From: an uncultured Solirubrobacteraceae bacterium
Lineage (GTDB): Bacteria > Actinomycetota > Thermoleophilia > Solirubrobacterales > Solirubrobacteraceae
Length of the DNA stretch: 64,000 bases
Direction: 5' to 3'
Assembly: GCA_963722455.1 (NCBI GenBank)
Contig: CAVRMD010000015.1
Span: forward strand, 24,745 to 88,744
Numbering within the stretch: the stretch's first letter is position 1; every line of letters begins with the position of its first letter. The notes beneath the pieces are model-generated. The model saw only the letters and a list, made by a program, of their open reading frames with translations, searched no databases and was not told the DNA's origin. The translations under genes and the position numbers were made by a program. Positions 45,629 to 54,946 of the stretch are shown here, piece by piece.

Positions 45629-46573
45629 TCAGGCGGCTTCGCGCAGGCCGGCGAGCGACTGCTCGTCGCTGAGCGTGCGCATCGCCGTCTCCTCGAGCTG
45701 GCGGGCGCGGTCGCGCGTGAGCCCGAGCTCGCGGCTCGTGGCCTCGATCGAGCGCTCGCGTCCGTCGCGCAGTCCGTAGCGCAGCTCCACGACGCGGCGC
45801 TCGTCGCCCGTCAGGCGTCCGAGGGCGTCGGCGACGGTGCGCTCGAGCTCCGTCGACTCGGCCTCGGCGCTCGGGTCCGGGCGTTCGCTGGCGATGAAGT
45901 CGCCGAGGTTGCTGTCGCCGTCGTCGCCGATCGGCACGTCGAGGCTCGTCACGTGGCGGCGCGCCTCGCGCAGCGCCAGCACGTCGGCGACGGTCATGTC
46001 GGCCGCGGCCGCGACCTCCTCGTCGGACGGATCGTGCGAGAGCTTGGCGGTCAGGTCGCGCTCGACGCGGGCCAGCCGGCGCTCGCGCTGCTCGATGTGC
46101 GTGGGAAGGCGGATCGTGCGCGACGTGTTCGCCAGCCCGCGCTGGATGCTCTGGCGGATCCAGAGCGTCGCGTACGTCGAGAACTTGAAGCCCTTGCGCC
46201 AGTCGAACTTCTCGGCGGCGCGGATCAGCCCGAGGGTGCCCTCCTGGACGAGGTCGCCGAGCGGCAGGCCGAGGCCCTGGTAGCGGCGCGCCTGCGAGAC
46301 GACGAGGCGCAGGTTCGCATTGATCATGCGGTCCTTGGCCATGATGTCGCCGCGCTCGATGCGCTTGGCCAGCTCGATCTCCTCGGCGGCGGTGAGCAGC
46401 GCGTAGCGCGAGGCCTGGTTGAGGAAGGTCTGCAGCGAGTCGGCGGTCATCTCCGCCTGCACGCGAGCACCGTGGCGCGCGACGTCCTCCGTCGCCCGGC
46501 GGCGGGGGCGCTTCGCTGGTGCGGTGTGCTGCTCGCCGCGACGGCGCGCGCTGGTTGTCGTAGTCCTAGCCAT
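45629..46573 (-). CDS. RNA polymerase sigma-70 family factor (group 1/2, short N-terminus)
   Basis: Region 2 (LRLVVSQARRYQGLGLPLGDLVQEGTLGLIRAAEKFDWRKGFKFSTYATLWIRQ), region 3 and region 4 (ELRYGL...SIEATSRELGLTRDRARQLE). Confidence 0.9.
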   Translation of the reverse strand: MARTTTTSARRRGEQHTAPAKRPRRRATEDVARHGARVQAEMTADSLQTFLNQASRYALLTAAEEIELAKRIERGDIMAKDRMINANLRLVVSQARRYQGLGLPLGDLVQEGTLGLIRAAEKFDWRKGFKFSTYATLWIRQSIQRGLANTSRTIRLPTHIEQRERRLARVERDLTAKLSHDPSDEEVAAAADMTVADVLALREARRHVTSLDVPIGDDGDSNLGDFIASERPDPSAEAESTELERTVADALGRLTGDERRVVELRYGLRDGRERSIEATSRELGLTRDRARQLEETAMRTLSDEQSLAGLREAA

Positions 46574-46744
46574 GCGTTCCCTTTCAGATGTGTCGAAGCG
46601 CCGTCGTTCCCGATTCACCCCGACCCGTCTGCTCGTTGCCGGCCTGGGAGGCGGCAGTTCGGAAGAGGGGAGAGGGGGCGGTCGAGCGGTGGCGAGCGCC
46701 CGCCTTTCGGGGTGCCCGCACGACGCCGGAGCGAATCGTACCAG

Positions 46745-47377
46745 ATGATTGCGCGAACAACAAATGCTTCGCGATACCCTCTGCCGGTGCGTCGTCTGCC
46801 GGCCCTCGCGGTTGCGCTTCTCATCGTCTGCGGCGCCGTCGCGACCGGCTGCTCGGACGCGAGCGAGCCCGCCGCCCCGCAGTCTGCCACGAGCGCCCGG
46901 TCGGCGACGGCTCCCGCGCCCGCGACGACCGCCGCGCCCCCGGCGCGTGCCGCGACGATCACCGCCTCCGGGGTTGGGGGCGTGCGGCTCGGGATGACGT
47001 ACCGCACCCTGCGCGCCGCCGGCCTGCTGGGGCGGGTCCGTCCGGGGTGCGAGCTCGCCGGCCCCGACACCCGCTCGGCGTCGCTGCGCGCGCCGTTGCG
47101 GGGCTCCGTCGAGCTGACGCTGCGGTCTCCCAGGAAGGTCGCGACCATCCTCGTGACCGCCGGTGCGACGGCCCGCGACGTGGGCATCGGGGCCAGGATG
47201 GCGGCGATCACGGCCGCGTTCCCGAGGGCCAAGGCCGATCACAGCACCGACGACGTCTTCGAGATCACCGTCGTCTCGGTGCCCGCCGCCGGCGGGGGCA
47301 GGCTCGAGTTCGCGGTCAGCACGACGACGCGGCGGGTCACGCTGATCGCGATCCCGGCCATCGCCTTCTGCGAGTAG
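46745..47377 (+). CDS. Lipoprotein, unknown function
   Basis: Lipobox VATGCS after a hydrophobic h-region. Confidence 0.55.
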   Translation: MIARTTNASRYPLPVRRLPALAVALLIVCGAVATGCSDASEPAAPQSATSARSATAPAPATTAAPPARAATITASGVGGVRLGMTYRTLRAAGLLGRVRPGCELAGPDTRSASLRAPLRGSVELTLRSPRKVATILVTAGATARDVGIGARMAAITAAFPRAKADHSTDDVFEITVVSVPAAGGGRLEFAVSTTTRRVTLIAIPAIAFCE

Positions 47378-47396
47378 GGCGCCCGCGGGGCGCGGG

Positions 47397-47885
47397 TCAG
47401 TCGAGCGCCACGAGCTCGAACGCGATCCGGCCCGCATCGATCCTCGCCAGCCCCATCGTGTGATGGCTGGCACGGCGGCGCTCGGTCGGCGAGCCCGGGT
47501 TGAAGATCTGAAAGCCGTCGCGCTCGACGTGCTCGGGCTGGTGGGTGTGGCCGAAGACGACGGCGGCGCAGGTCGGGAACGCGTCGCGCAGACGCTCCGC
47601 GCGCCCGGCGGCGGGTCCGGGGATGTGGACCATGCCGACGCGGACTCCCGCCAGCTCGAGCACGATCCGGCGGGGCAGCAGCCGGCGGACCGCCTCGCCG
47701 TCGACGTTGCCGTGCACCGCGTGGACCGGCGGCCCCAGCGAGCGCAGCAGCTCGAGCACCGAGACGTCGAGCAGGTCTCCAGCGTGCAGGATCGCGTCGG
47801 CCTCGCGACAGCGCCGCAGGCAGGCCGGCGGGATCGCGCGCGCGCCACGCGGCATGTGGGTGTCGCTGATGATCGCCAGCCTCAT
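47397..47885 (-). CDS. Metallophosphoesterase (YfcE/MJ0936 family)
   Basis: MRLAIISDTH, HAGD, GNVD and GHTH motifs in the canonical order. Confidence 0.85.
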   Translation of the reverse strand: MRLAIISDTHMPRGARAIPPACLRRCREADAILHAGDLLDVSVLELLRSLGPPVHAVHGNVDGEAVRRLLPRRIVLELAGVRVGMVHIPGPAAGRAERLRDAFPTCAAVVFGHTHQPEHVERDGFQIFNPGSPTERRRASHHTMGLARIDAGRIAFELVALD

Positions 47886-48091
47886 GCGGTGGCGCCAGCG
47901 TCGCAGCATCGCGGCGGCGGCGTCGAGGCCGCGCGACGACAGGCGCCAGCGTCGCGCGTCCGTGACCGCGCCTGCGCTCAGCGCCCCGTGACCGGCCCGA
48001 CGGGGACGTTTGGCTTCGTCCTCGTCGCGCTGCTTCAGGCCGACGAGCGCGTCGAGCGGATCGTCGGCCTCGCGCGGCGCCCGTTCGATCT

Positions 48092-48125
48092 GCAGCCGAG
48101 CATCTGTCGCAGCCGAGCATCTGCT
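48092..48125. repeat. 17-bp tandem duplication
   Basis: GCAGCCGAGCATCTGTC followed by GCAGCCGAGCATCTGCT; the first 15 nt are identical. Confidence 0.9.
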
Positions 48126-48475
48126 CTACGCGTGCGACAAGGCCGAGATCGAGCGGCTGCTCGCCGATCGCGCCGCCGATCGCCCCGCGTTGGAGCTCTA
48201 CGTGCTGCTTCCCTCGATCGGGCTGGGGGCGCACAGCGTCGGCGCCAAGACGTCGCTCCCCGGGCCGCTCGAGCCGGCCGGCCGCATGCTCGCCGCGCTT
48301 GCGCTGCGCCTCCGCGCCCACCATGGCGAGCGCCAAGCACGTCGAGGAGATCCGGGTCGTCAACGGCCTGACGCGCGGCAACCTCACCGCGGCGCTGCGC
48401 GGCGAGCACGTCGGCACGATCATCCACGCCGACCGAGGTCCAGCGCGCAGCGCACGATCACGCGTGCGACCGTGA
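48120..48475 (+). pseudogene. Possible remnant of an amino-acid-kinase-family (PyrH/ArgB-like) gene
   Basis: [27 protein letters not shown] resembles an AAK C-terminus. Upstream protein-like sequence lies in a different frame, and there is no room for a full gene. Confidence 0.3.
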
Positions 48476-49655
48476 CGAGGTCGGCGACCGCGACGCGCTC
48501 GTCGACCGCGTGGGCGAGGCGGATGCCGCGCGGGCCGAACATGACGCAGGGGATGCCGCGCGCGCAGAACAGGCGCATGTCGGCGCCGTAGCCGACGCCG
48601 GCGAGCGCCGGGGCCGCGCCGAGCTCGGCGGCGCCGGCGCGCCGCACGGTCGCGACCCAGGGGTCGTCGAGCGCGGTCTCGCCGGACGCGAACTGACCGC
48701 CGCTCCAGGCGATCTCGACCGGCGGCCCGTGCTCGTCTGCGGCGGCGGCGACGGCGCGCTCGAGCCCCGCGCGCGCCGCGGCGAGCGACTCGCCGACCGG
48801 CACCCCGAGGCGGCCTTCGAAGACGAGCTCGTCGGGCACCTGGCTTGACCAGCCGCCGGCCCGCAGCCGCCCGACGAGCAGCGGGTAGGGCAGCGGATGG
48901 TCGGCCAGCAGCGGGTGGCGCGGCCGCGCGTTGACCGCCCGCTCGTGCGCGTGCAGCGCGGCGTGGATCGGCAGGTAGCGGTCGATCGCCGACACGCCCT
49001 CCAGGCGCAGCGCGGCGTGCGCGCAGCGGCCGCGGACGGTGCCGGTGAACGTCAGCGCGCCGCCGTGGGCGCAGACGACCTCAAGCTCGGTCGGCTCGGG
49101 GATGAGGCAGGCGGCAAAGGCGCTGTCGCGTCGCAGCGCGGCGAACGTGCCCAGCCCGCCGTCCTCCTCGGAGGGCACTGCCTGCAGGACGACGTCGCCC
49201 GGCAGCTGCCCCCCAGCCGCCCGCAGCGCCGCGAGCGCGTGCAGCGCGGCGACGACCGCGCCCTTCATGTCCGCGCTGCCGCGGCCGTGCACGACGCCGT
49301 CCCGGACCGCGCCCGACCACGGGTCGCGGCTCCAGGGCTCGCGCCCGGGGGCGACGACGTCGATGTGGCCGTTGACGCACAGGCGGGGCGCCGCGCGGTC
49401 GCTGCCGGGCAGCGTGACGATCGCGCCGACGAGCTCGCTGCGCGCCGCCTCCTCGCCGGGATAGCCGGGCGCGCCGCGCAGCTGCGCCAGGTCGAACGCG
49501 ACGAGCTCGGCGTCAAGCCCCAGCTCGCGGGCGATCGCGACGACCTCCTCGGCCGCCGCGCGCTCGTCGCCGGTCACGCTCGCGACGCGCACGAGGCGGC
49601 CGGCGTCGCGCGCGAGGGCGGCGCCGTCGACCCGGGCGAGCGCCGCCGCCGTCAC
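48420..49655 (-). CDS. M20 family metallopeptidase (ArgE/DapE-like)
   Basis: [16 protein letters not shown] and SEEDGG motifs. The GTG start overlaps the upstream stop (GTGA). Confidence 0.85.
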   Translation of the reverse strand: MTAAALARVDGAALARDAGRLVRVASVTGDERAAAEEVVAIARELGLDAELVAFDLAQLRGAPGYPGEEAARSELVGAIVTLPGSDRAAPRLCVNGHIDVVAPGREPWSRDPWSGAVRDGVVHGRGSADMKGAVVAALHALAALRAAGGQLPGDVVLQAVPSEEDGGLGTFAALRRDSAFAACLIPEPTELEVVCAHGGALTFTGTVRGRCAHAALRLEGVSAIDRYLPIHAALHAHERAVNARPRHPLLADHPLPYPLLVGRLRAGGWSSQVPDELVFEGRLGVPVGESLAAARAGLERAVAAAADEHGPPVEIAWSGGQFASGETALDDPWVATVRRAGAAELGAAPALAGVGYGADMRLFCARGIPCVMFGPRGIRLAHAVDERVAVADLVTVARVIVRCALDLGRRG

Positions 49656-51253
49656 GAGGCGGGCGACCCGCCGGGCGCGCGACGCGGAGCGGCGCTCTCG
49701 CGTCGGCGCTCGAGCGCCGCCATCGCGGCGTTGCGGCCGGGGATCGCGCTGACCCCGCCGCCGCGGCGCGCGCCGGCCCCGCAGAGCAGGATCGCGGGGT
49801 CGTCGGTCTCCACGCCCCAGCGCCCGACGTCGGCCTCGTCCTCGGCGAACGGCCAGGCGAGGTCGCGATGGAAGATGTGCCCGCCCGGCATGCGCAGCTC
49901 GTCCTCGATGTCCGCGGGAGAGCGCGCCTCGACGCACGGCGCGCCGTGCGTCGTGCGCAGCAGGCAGTCGGTGATCGGCTCGCCGAGCACGCTGTCCAGC
50001 GACGCGAGCACGGCCTGCAGCGCGGCGTCGCGATCGCCGGCGCGCCTGAACAGCCGCGCCGGCATGTGCAGTCCGAAGAGCGTCAGCGCGTGGACGCCGG
50101 CGGCCGCCTCGCGGGGGCCGAGGATGCTGCGGTCGCAGAGCGTGTGGCAGTAGACCTCGCAGGGCGCCGGCGCCGGGATGCGCCCGGCGGCGGCTTCGGC
50201 GTAGGCGGCCGCGAGCTGCGACGCGCTCTCGTTGACGTGAACCGTGCCGGCGAAGGCGCGCTCGGGCGTGACGCCGCCGTCGCGCAGGCGCGGCAGCCGC
50301 GACAGCAGCATGTTGACCTTCAGCTGCGCGCCCTCGGGCGGCTCGGCGAGCGGCTCGCGGCCGCGCAGCCGTTCGAGCTCGGCCGGTGCGACGTTGGCCA
50401 GGATCATCCGCGCGCCGACCGAGCGGGCGCCGCCGCCGGCGGTCTGAAAGCGCACCTCGCCGTCGCCGGCCGCGGTCACCTCCGCACCGGTGCGAAGCTC
50501 GGCGCCGGCGTTGCGCGCGGCGCCTGCGAGCGCGGCGCTGACCGTGCCCATGCCGCCGATCGGGACCGCCCACTCGCCGGTGCCGCCGCCGATGACGTGG
50601 TACAGAAAGCAGCGGTTCTGGCGCAGGTCGCGGTCCGTCGCGGAGGCGAACGTGCCGATGAGCGCGTCGGTCAGCACGACGCCGCGCACGAGGTCGTCGG
50701 CGAGCAGCCGGGCGACGCCGGCAGCGAGCGGCTCGTCGACGAGCAGGCTCCAGAGCGCGTCGTCGGCCACGATCCGGCGCAGCTGCTCGCGCGAGCGCAG
50801 CGGCTCGGTGAGCGTCGGGAAGACGCGCCGCGCCAGCCCGGCGAGCCGGCGCTGCAGCGCGCGCCAGGCGTCGTGCTCGGCGCCGGATCCGGTCACCCGC
50901 GCGAACGAGGCGCGCGTGGCCTGCTCGTCGCGCTCGACGAGCAGCCCGCGCGCGCAGGCGGCGCGCGGGTCGGGGGTGTACGACGACGTCGTGCGGGGCG
51001 CGCAGCGCACGCGCAGGTCGAGCTCGTCGACGATCTGGCGCGGCAGCAGGCTGACGAGGTAGGCGTAGCGCGACAGGCGCGCGTCGATGCCGGGGAAGAC
51101 CTGCTCGGAGACCGCCGCGCCGCCGAGCTCGTCGCGGCGCTCGAGGACGAGGCACGACCAGCCCGCGCGCGCCAGGTACGCCGCGGCCGCAAGGCCGTTG
51201 TGGCCGCCGCCGACGACGACGGCGTCGTAGCGGTCGGCGCGCGGCGCGGTCAC
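49652..51253 (-). CDS. FAD-dependent oxidoreductase, phytoene desaturase (CrtI)-like family
   Basis: YDAVVVGGGHNGLAAAAYLARAG dinucleotide-binding motif; length about 530 aa. Confidence 0.85.
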   Translation of the reverse strand: MTAPRADRYDAVVVGGGHNGLAAAAYLARAGWSCLVLERRDELGGAAVSEQVFPGIDARLSRYAYLVSLLPRQIVDELDLRVRCAPRTTSSYTPDPRAACARGLLVERDEQATRASFARVTGSGAEHDAWRALQRRLAGLARRVFPTLTEPLRSREQLRRIVADDALWSLLVDEPLAAGVARLLADDLVRGVVLTDALIGTFASATDRDLRQNRCFLYHVIGGGTGEWAVPIGGMGTVSAALAGAARNAGAELRTGAEVTAAGDGEVRFQTAGGGARSVGARMILANVAPAELERLRGREPLAEPPEGAQLKVNMLLSRLPRLRDGGVTPERAFAGTVHVNESASQLAAAYAEAAAGRIPAPAPCEVYCHTLCDRSILGPREAAAGVHALTLFGLHMPARLFRRAGDRDAALQAVLASLDSVLGEPITDCLLRTTHGAPCVEARSPADIEDELRMPGGHIFHRDLAWPFAEDEADVGRWGVETDDPAILLCGAGARRGGGVSAIPGRNAAMAALERRRESAAPRRAPGGSPAS

Positions 51254-51268
51254 GCCGTCCAGTGTGGC

Positions 51269-52174
51269 TCAGCCGGCTTCGCCGGCGCGCGCGAGGACGC
51301 GCAGCGCGGCGACGCGGACCGCCTCGTCGAGCATCTGCCCGTCGAGCGCGACGGCGCCGGCGCCGCCCTCGCGCTCGGCCGCCGCGAGCGCGTCGATGAC
51401 CGCGCGGGCGTGCTCGACCTCCTCGCCGGACGGCGTGAAGAGCTCGTTGAGCGCCGCGACCTGGGCGGGGTGGATCGCCCACTTGCCGTCGAAGCCCATG
51501 TCGCGCGCCCGCTCGGCCGCCGCGCTGAAGCCCTCGTCGACCTTGATGCCGAGGTACGGCCCGTCGATCGCCGCGACGTCGTGCGTGCGCGCGGCGACGA
51601 GGATCGCGTCCTGGATCGCCCGCCAGGAGTCCAGCTCGGCGCGCGCGCCCGCCGCGCGTCCCAGCGAGGCCGAGAGGTCGGCGTAGCCGAGGATGAGCGA
51701 GTCCAGCCGCGGCGAGCAGCCGGCGATCTCGTCCAGCCGCGCGACGCCCGCGGCGGTCTCGATGAGCGCCTGCACGCGCAGCGGCGCGCGGCCGGTCTGG
51801 GCGGCGGCCTCGACGCCGTCGAGCAGCCTGTCGACGAACGCCAGGTCGCCGGCGCTCTCGACCTTCGGGACGATGATCGACGCCGGGCCCTGCGCCCCGC
51901 CGGCCATCGCGATGATGTCGGCGTGGCACCACGCGGTCCGCGCGGCGTTGACGCGGACGCTGCAGTTCACGCCGCGCCAGACGGGCTCCCGGAGCGCGGC
52001 GACGACGGTGTCGCGGGCCTCGTCCTTGGCCGACGTCGCGACGGCGTCCTCGAGGTCGACGATGACCTCGTCGGCGCCCCGTTGAGGCGCTTTGGCGAGC
52101 ATCGACGCCGACGAGCCCGGGACGGAGAGGCACGAGCGGCGCGCGGTGGGGGAGGGGGCGTGTGCGGTGGCCAT
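51269..52174 (-). CDS. HpcH/HpaI aldolase / citrate lyase beta (CitE)-like protein
   Basis: RSCLSVPG, VIVDLEDAV, LIETA and LILGYADL are CitE-type motifs. Confidence 0.85.
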   Translation of the reverse strand: MATAHAPSPTARRSCLSVPGSSASMLAKAPQRGADEVIVDLEDAVATSAKDEARDTVVAALREPVWRGVNCSVRVNAARTAWCHADIIAMAGGAQGPASIIVPKVESAGDLAFVDRLLDGVEAAAQTGRAPLRVQALIETAAGVARLDEIAGCSPRLDSLILGYADLSASLGRAAGARAELDSWRAIQDAILVAARTHDVAAIDGPYLGIKVDEGFSAAAERARDMGFDGKWAIHPAQVAALNELFTPSGEEVEHARAVIDALAAAEREGGAGAVALDGQMLDEAVRVAALRVLARAGEAG

Positions 52175-52217
52175 GTGGCCGCAGCGTAATGAGCGCGCGC
52201 GCGTCTTGCCGTGCGGG

Positions 52218-53276
52218 TCAGGCGGCGCGCACGGAGGCGATCGCGGGCAGGCGCTGCGCGGCGACCGACCACGTCGCGGCGCCGTCGCCCGAGCCGAAGA
52301 TCTCGCCCGACGTCGCGCCGAAGTACAGCTCGAGCGCGGAGCCCTCGCCCTTGGCCGTGAACGCCTGGCGCAGGATCGACAGGAAGGCGTCGCGCTCGGG
52401 CAGCCCGTCGCCGCGCGCCGTCCACGACGCGCCCGCGTCGGTCGTCTCCCAGACCGCCACGCGTCCGTCGGTCACGCGGTCGGCCGTCGTGACCGGGATG
52501 ACGAACGCGCGATCGGGGTCGGCGGGGTCGAGCACGACGGGGAAGCCGAAGTCGTGCGGCAGGCCCGCGGCGATGTCCGTCCACGACGCGCCCGCGTCGT
52601 CGGAGCGATAGACGCCGCCGTGGAACTGCAGGAACAGGCGCTCGGGGCGGCGCCGGGCGCGCTCGAGATGGTGCACGCAGAGGTCGATCGCGGTCGCGCG
52701 CGCCTGCTCGGGCAGGTAGTCGGCGACGATCCCCTCGTTGCCGTGCGACCAGGTCGCGCCGGCGTCGTCGGTCAGCCACACGCCGGCGGCGGAGATCGCG
52801 AGCGCGAGCCGGTCGGGGTCGCCCGGCCAGGGCGCGATCGAGTGCACCGAGAGCCCGCCGGAGTCGCGCCGCCAGCGCGGCCGCGTCGGGTGCGACCAGA
52901 GCGCCTCGTTGAGCGCCCAGGACGCGCCGCCGTCGCTGCTGGCGAAGAGCACGCCCGGGTCGCCGCCCGCGTACAGGACGCCGTCGGCCTCGCCGGCGGC
53001 GATGACCCAGATGCGCGCGAGCGCGTCGCTGCCGCCCTTGGGAAGCGCGACGCCCCGCGCGGGCTGCCACTCCTGCGCGAGGTCGTCGGTGAACCAGATC
53101 CGCGGGCCCCAGAACGGCGACGTGACGGCGGCGAACAGGCGGCCGCTGCGGGCGTCGCGCATCGCGTAGTCGACGGGCTCGCCGACGAACGCGCGCGCGC
53201 CGATCGCAAACGGCGCCCCCGGCTCGCCGTCGAGCACGAAGAGGCCCTTGCGGGTCCCCACGAGCAGCTCCGTCAT
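52218..53276 (-). CDS. BNR/Asp-box repeat beta-propeller protein (sialidase-fold/Ycf48-like)
   Basis: Repeated S-x-D-x-G-x-(S/T)-W boxes: SSDGGASW, TDDAGATW, SDDAGASW, TTDAGASW and SGDGAATW. Confidence 0.7.
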   Translation of the reverse strand: MTELLVGTRKGLFVLDGEPGAPFAIGARAFVGEPVDYAMRDARSGRLFAAVTSPFWGPRIWFTDDLAQEWQPARGVALPKGGSDALARIWVIAAGEADGVLYAGGDPGVLFASSDGGASWALNEALWSHPTRPRWRRDSGGLSVHSIAPWPGDPDRLALAISAAGVWLTDDAGATWSHGNEGIVADYLPEQARATAIDLCVHHLERARRRPERLFLQFHGGVYRSDDAGASWTDIAAGLPHDFGFPVVLDPADPDRAFVIPVTTADRVTDGRVAVWETTDAGASWTARGDGLPERDAFLSILRQAFTAKGEGSALELYFGATSGEIFGSGDGAATWSVAAQRLPAIASVRAA

Positions 53277-53286
53277 CGAGGCAGCG

Positions 53287-53544
53287 TCAGCCGCCGGAGA
53301 TCGCCGGCAGGATCTCGATCCTGTCGGTCGCCTCGACGGCGCTGTCCGGGTCGGCGGGCTCGCCGTTGACGAAGACGTTGATGTGACGGCGCAGGACGCC
53401 GCGCTCGTCGAGGATCCAGCCCTCGAGCCCGGCGTGCTCCTGCTCGAGCGCAGCGAGCAGCTCGCCGACGGTCGTGCCCTCGACGGGCACCTCTGATGTG
53501 CCCGCGAGCTTCTCGAGCTGTCCACGCAGTCGTACGATCGCCAT
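53287..53544 (-). CDS. MoaD/ThiS-family ubiquitin-like sulfur carrier protein
   Basis: 85 aa with a C-terminal ...LPAISGG di-glycine and the VFVNGE motif. Confidence 0.8.
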   Translation of the reverse strand: MAIVRLRGQLEKLAGTSEVPVEGTTVGELLAALEQEHAGLEGWILDERGVLRRHINVFVNGEPADPDSAVEATDRIEILPAISGG

Positions 53545-53635
53545 GGCGCAGATCTTAGGTCGCCGTCGCGCGGCGCGGCCCGCAGCTCGCCGTCGCGGCG
53601 CCGCGGCGCTCACGGTTGCGGCCGGGCCGGGGCGG

Positions 53636-54028
53636 CTACGTGGGGCTGTTGACCATGTGGCCGGCGGTCGACTCCAGGTAGCTCCACAGCTGGTCGCGGT
53701 GCGCGTCGTCGAGCCCCGCCTCGTCGACGGCGACGCGCATCGCGCGCAGCCACGCGTCGCGCTCGGCCGTTCCGATCCGAAACGGCGCGTGGCGCATCCG
53801 CAGGCGCGGGTGCCCGCGCCGGGCGGAGTACGTCGCCGGGCCGCCCCAGTACTGCATGAGAAACAGCCCCAGCCGCTCCTGCGCGGGACCGAGGTCGTCC
53901 TCGGGGTACAGCGCCCGCAGCGGCGCATCGGCCGCGACCTCGGCGTAGAAGCGAGCGACGATGCGGCGGAACGTCGGCGCGCCGCCGACGGCGTCGTAGA
54001 AGGTCTGCCGGGGCGGGACGTCGGCCAC
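53636..54028 (-). CDS. glbO: Group II truncated haemoglobin
   Basis: FYDAVGG...F..IV..FY, GGP..Y and [11 protein letters not shown] are trHbO signatures. Confidence 0.88.
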   Translation of the reverse strand: MADVPPRQTFYDAVGGAPTFRRIVARFYAEVAADAPLRALYPEDDLGPAQERLGLFLMQYWGGPATYSARRGHPRLRMRHAPFRIGTAERDAWLRAMRVAVDEAGLDDAHRDQLWSYLESTAGHMVNSPT

Positions 54029-54056
54029 GGATCGATCCTAGCCGGGGCCCTCGCGC

Positions 54057-54320
54057 CTATTGGGCGGCGGTGCTCCAGGAGGCCAGCACGCCGTCCTTGT
54101 CGGCCGCGCGCAGCTCGTTGAAGCCGCCGAGCGGCTCGCCGTCGACGACGATCTGCGGGAAGCTGTCAAGCCCGGTCAGCTCGGTGAGCTGCGCCTGCAG
54201 CTCGGGATGCTCGCTGAGGTTGACCTCCTCGAAGACGACGCCGCGCTTGCTGAGCAGCGACTTGGCGTGCACGCAGTACGCGCAGGAGTCCGTCGAGAAG
54301 AGGACGACGTGGGCGGGCAT
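54057..54320 (-). CDS. Glutaredoxin/NrdH-like redoxin
   Basis: VVLFSTDSCAYCVHAK CxxC site and SFPQIVVDGEPLGGF. Confidence 0.8.
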   Translation of the reverse strand: MPAHVVLFSTDSCAYCVHAKSLLSKRGVVFEEVNLSEHPELQAQLTELTGLDSFPQIVVDGEPLGGFNELRAADKDGVLASWSTAAQ

Positions 54321-54422
54321 GCGTTGAGTATGCACCGCCGCCCTCGCGCCGCGCAGAAACCGTGAGGCAGCGCCGCCGATGCGGTACAACGCCTGACACC
54401 GCGTCCGGGGGAGCACAGGCAG

Positions 54423-54746
54423 ATGCACTGGTCGGGACCCAGAACGAGCGTTGACACGATCGCCCGCTACGGGGATCTCGCCGACCGCGGCGAGGACCCC
54501 GCGGTCGCGGCGAAGGCCTGGAGCGCGGCGGGCTTCGACGACGACGGCGCCGCGAAGTGGCTCGACGCGAGGTGCTTTGACCCGGCGGCGGCGCGCGAGC
54601 TCGCCGATCTCGGCGTCACGCCGGGTCAGGCGTCCAAGCGCACCCGGGACGGGCGTCGCGACTACATCGACACGATCGCCTTCAAGGTCGCCAGCGCGGA
54701 CCTCAGCCCGCGCCAGGGAGCGGCGCGCGCCGCGTCGAGCCGATGA
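54423..54746 (+). CDS. Hypothetical protein
   Basis: ORF with high GC3; no family recognised and the start is uncertain. Confidence 0.35.
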   Translation: MHWSGPRTSVDTIARYGDLADRGEDPAVAAKAWSAAGFDDDGAAKWLDARCFDPAAARELADLGVTPGQASKRTRDGRRDYIDTIAFKVASADLSPRQGAARAASSR

Positions 54747-54946
54747 CGGCGGACGATCGTCACCCGCCGGACTGGCCGCATCCCAACGAGCGCCGGTGTG
54801 CGGACTGCGGCCACATCTGGTTCGCCGGGGAGCGCCGCCACGAGTACCTCGACCACGCGGCAGAGCATCACGAGGGCGTCGTCGTGCTCTGCGTGCTGTG
54901 CCGCCGCCAGCGCGGGCTGCCGCGGGCCGAGCCCGAGGACGCCTAG
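54743..54946 (+). CDS. Small Cys/His-rich hypothetical protein
   Basis: ATGA overlap with the upstream ORF. CADCGH...CVLC suggests a zinc finger. Confidence 0.3.
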   Translation: MTADDRHPPDWPHPNERRCADCGHIWFAGERRHEYLDHAAEHHEGVVVLCVLCRRQRGLPRAEPEDA

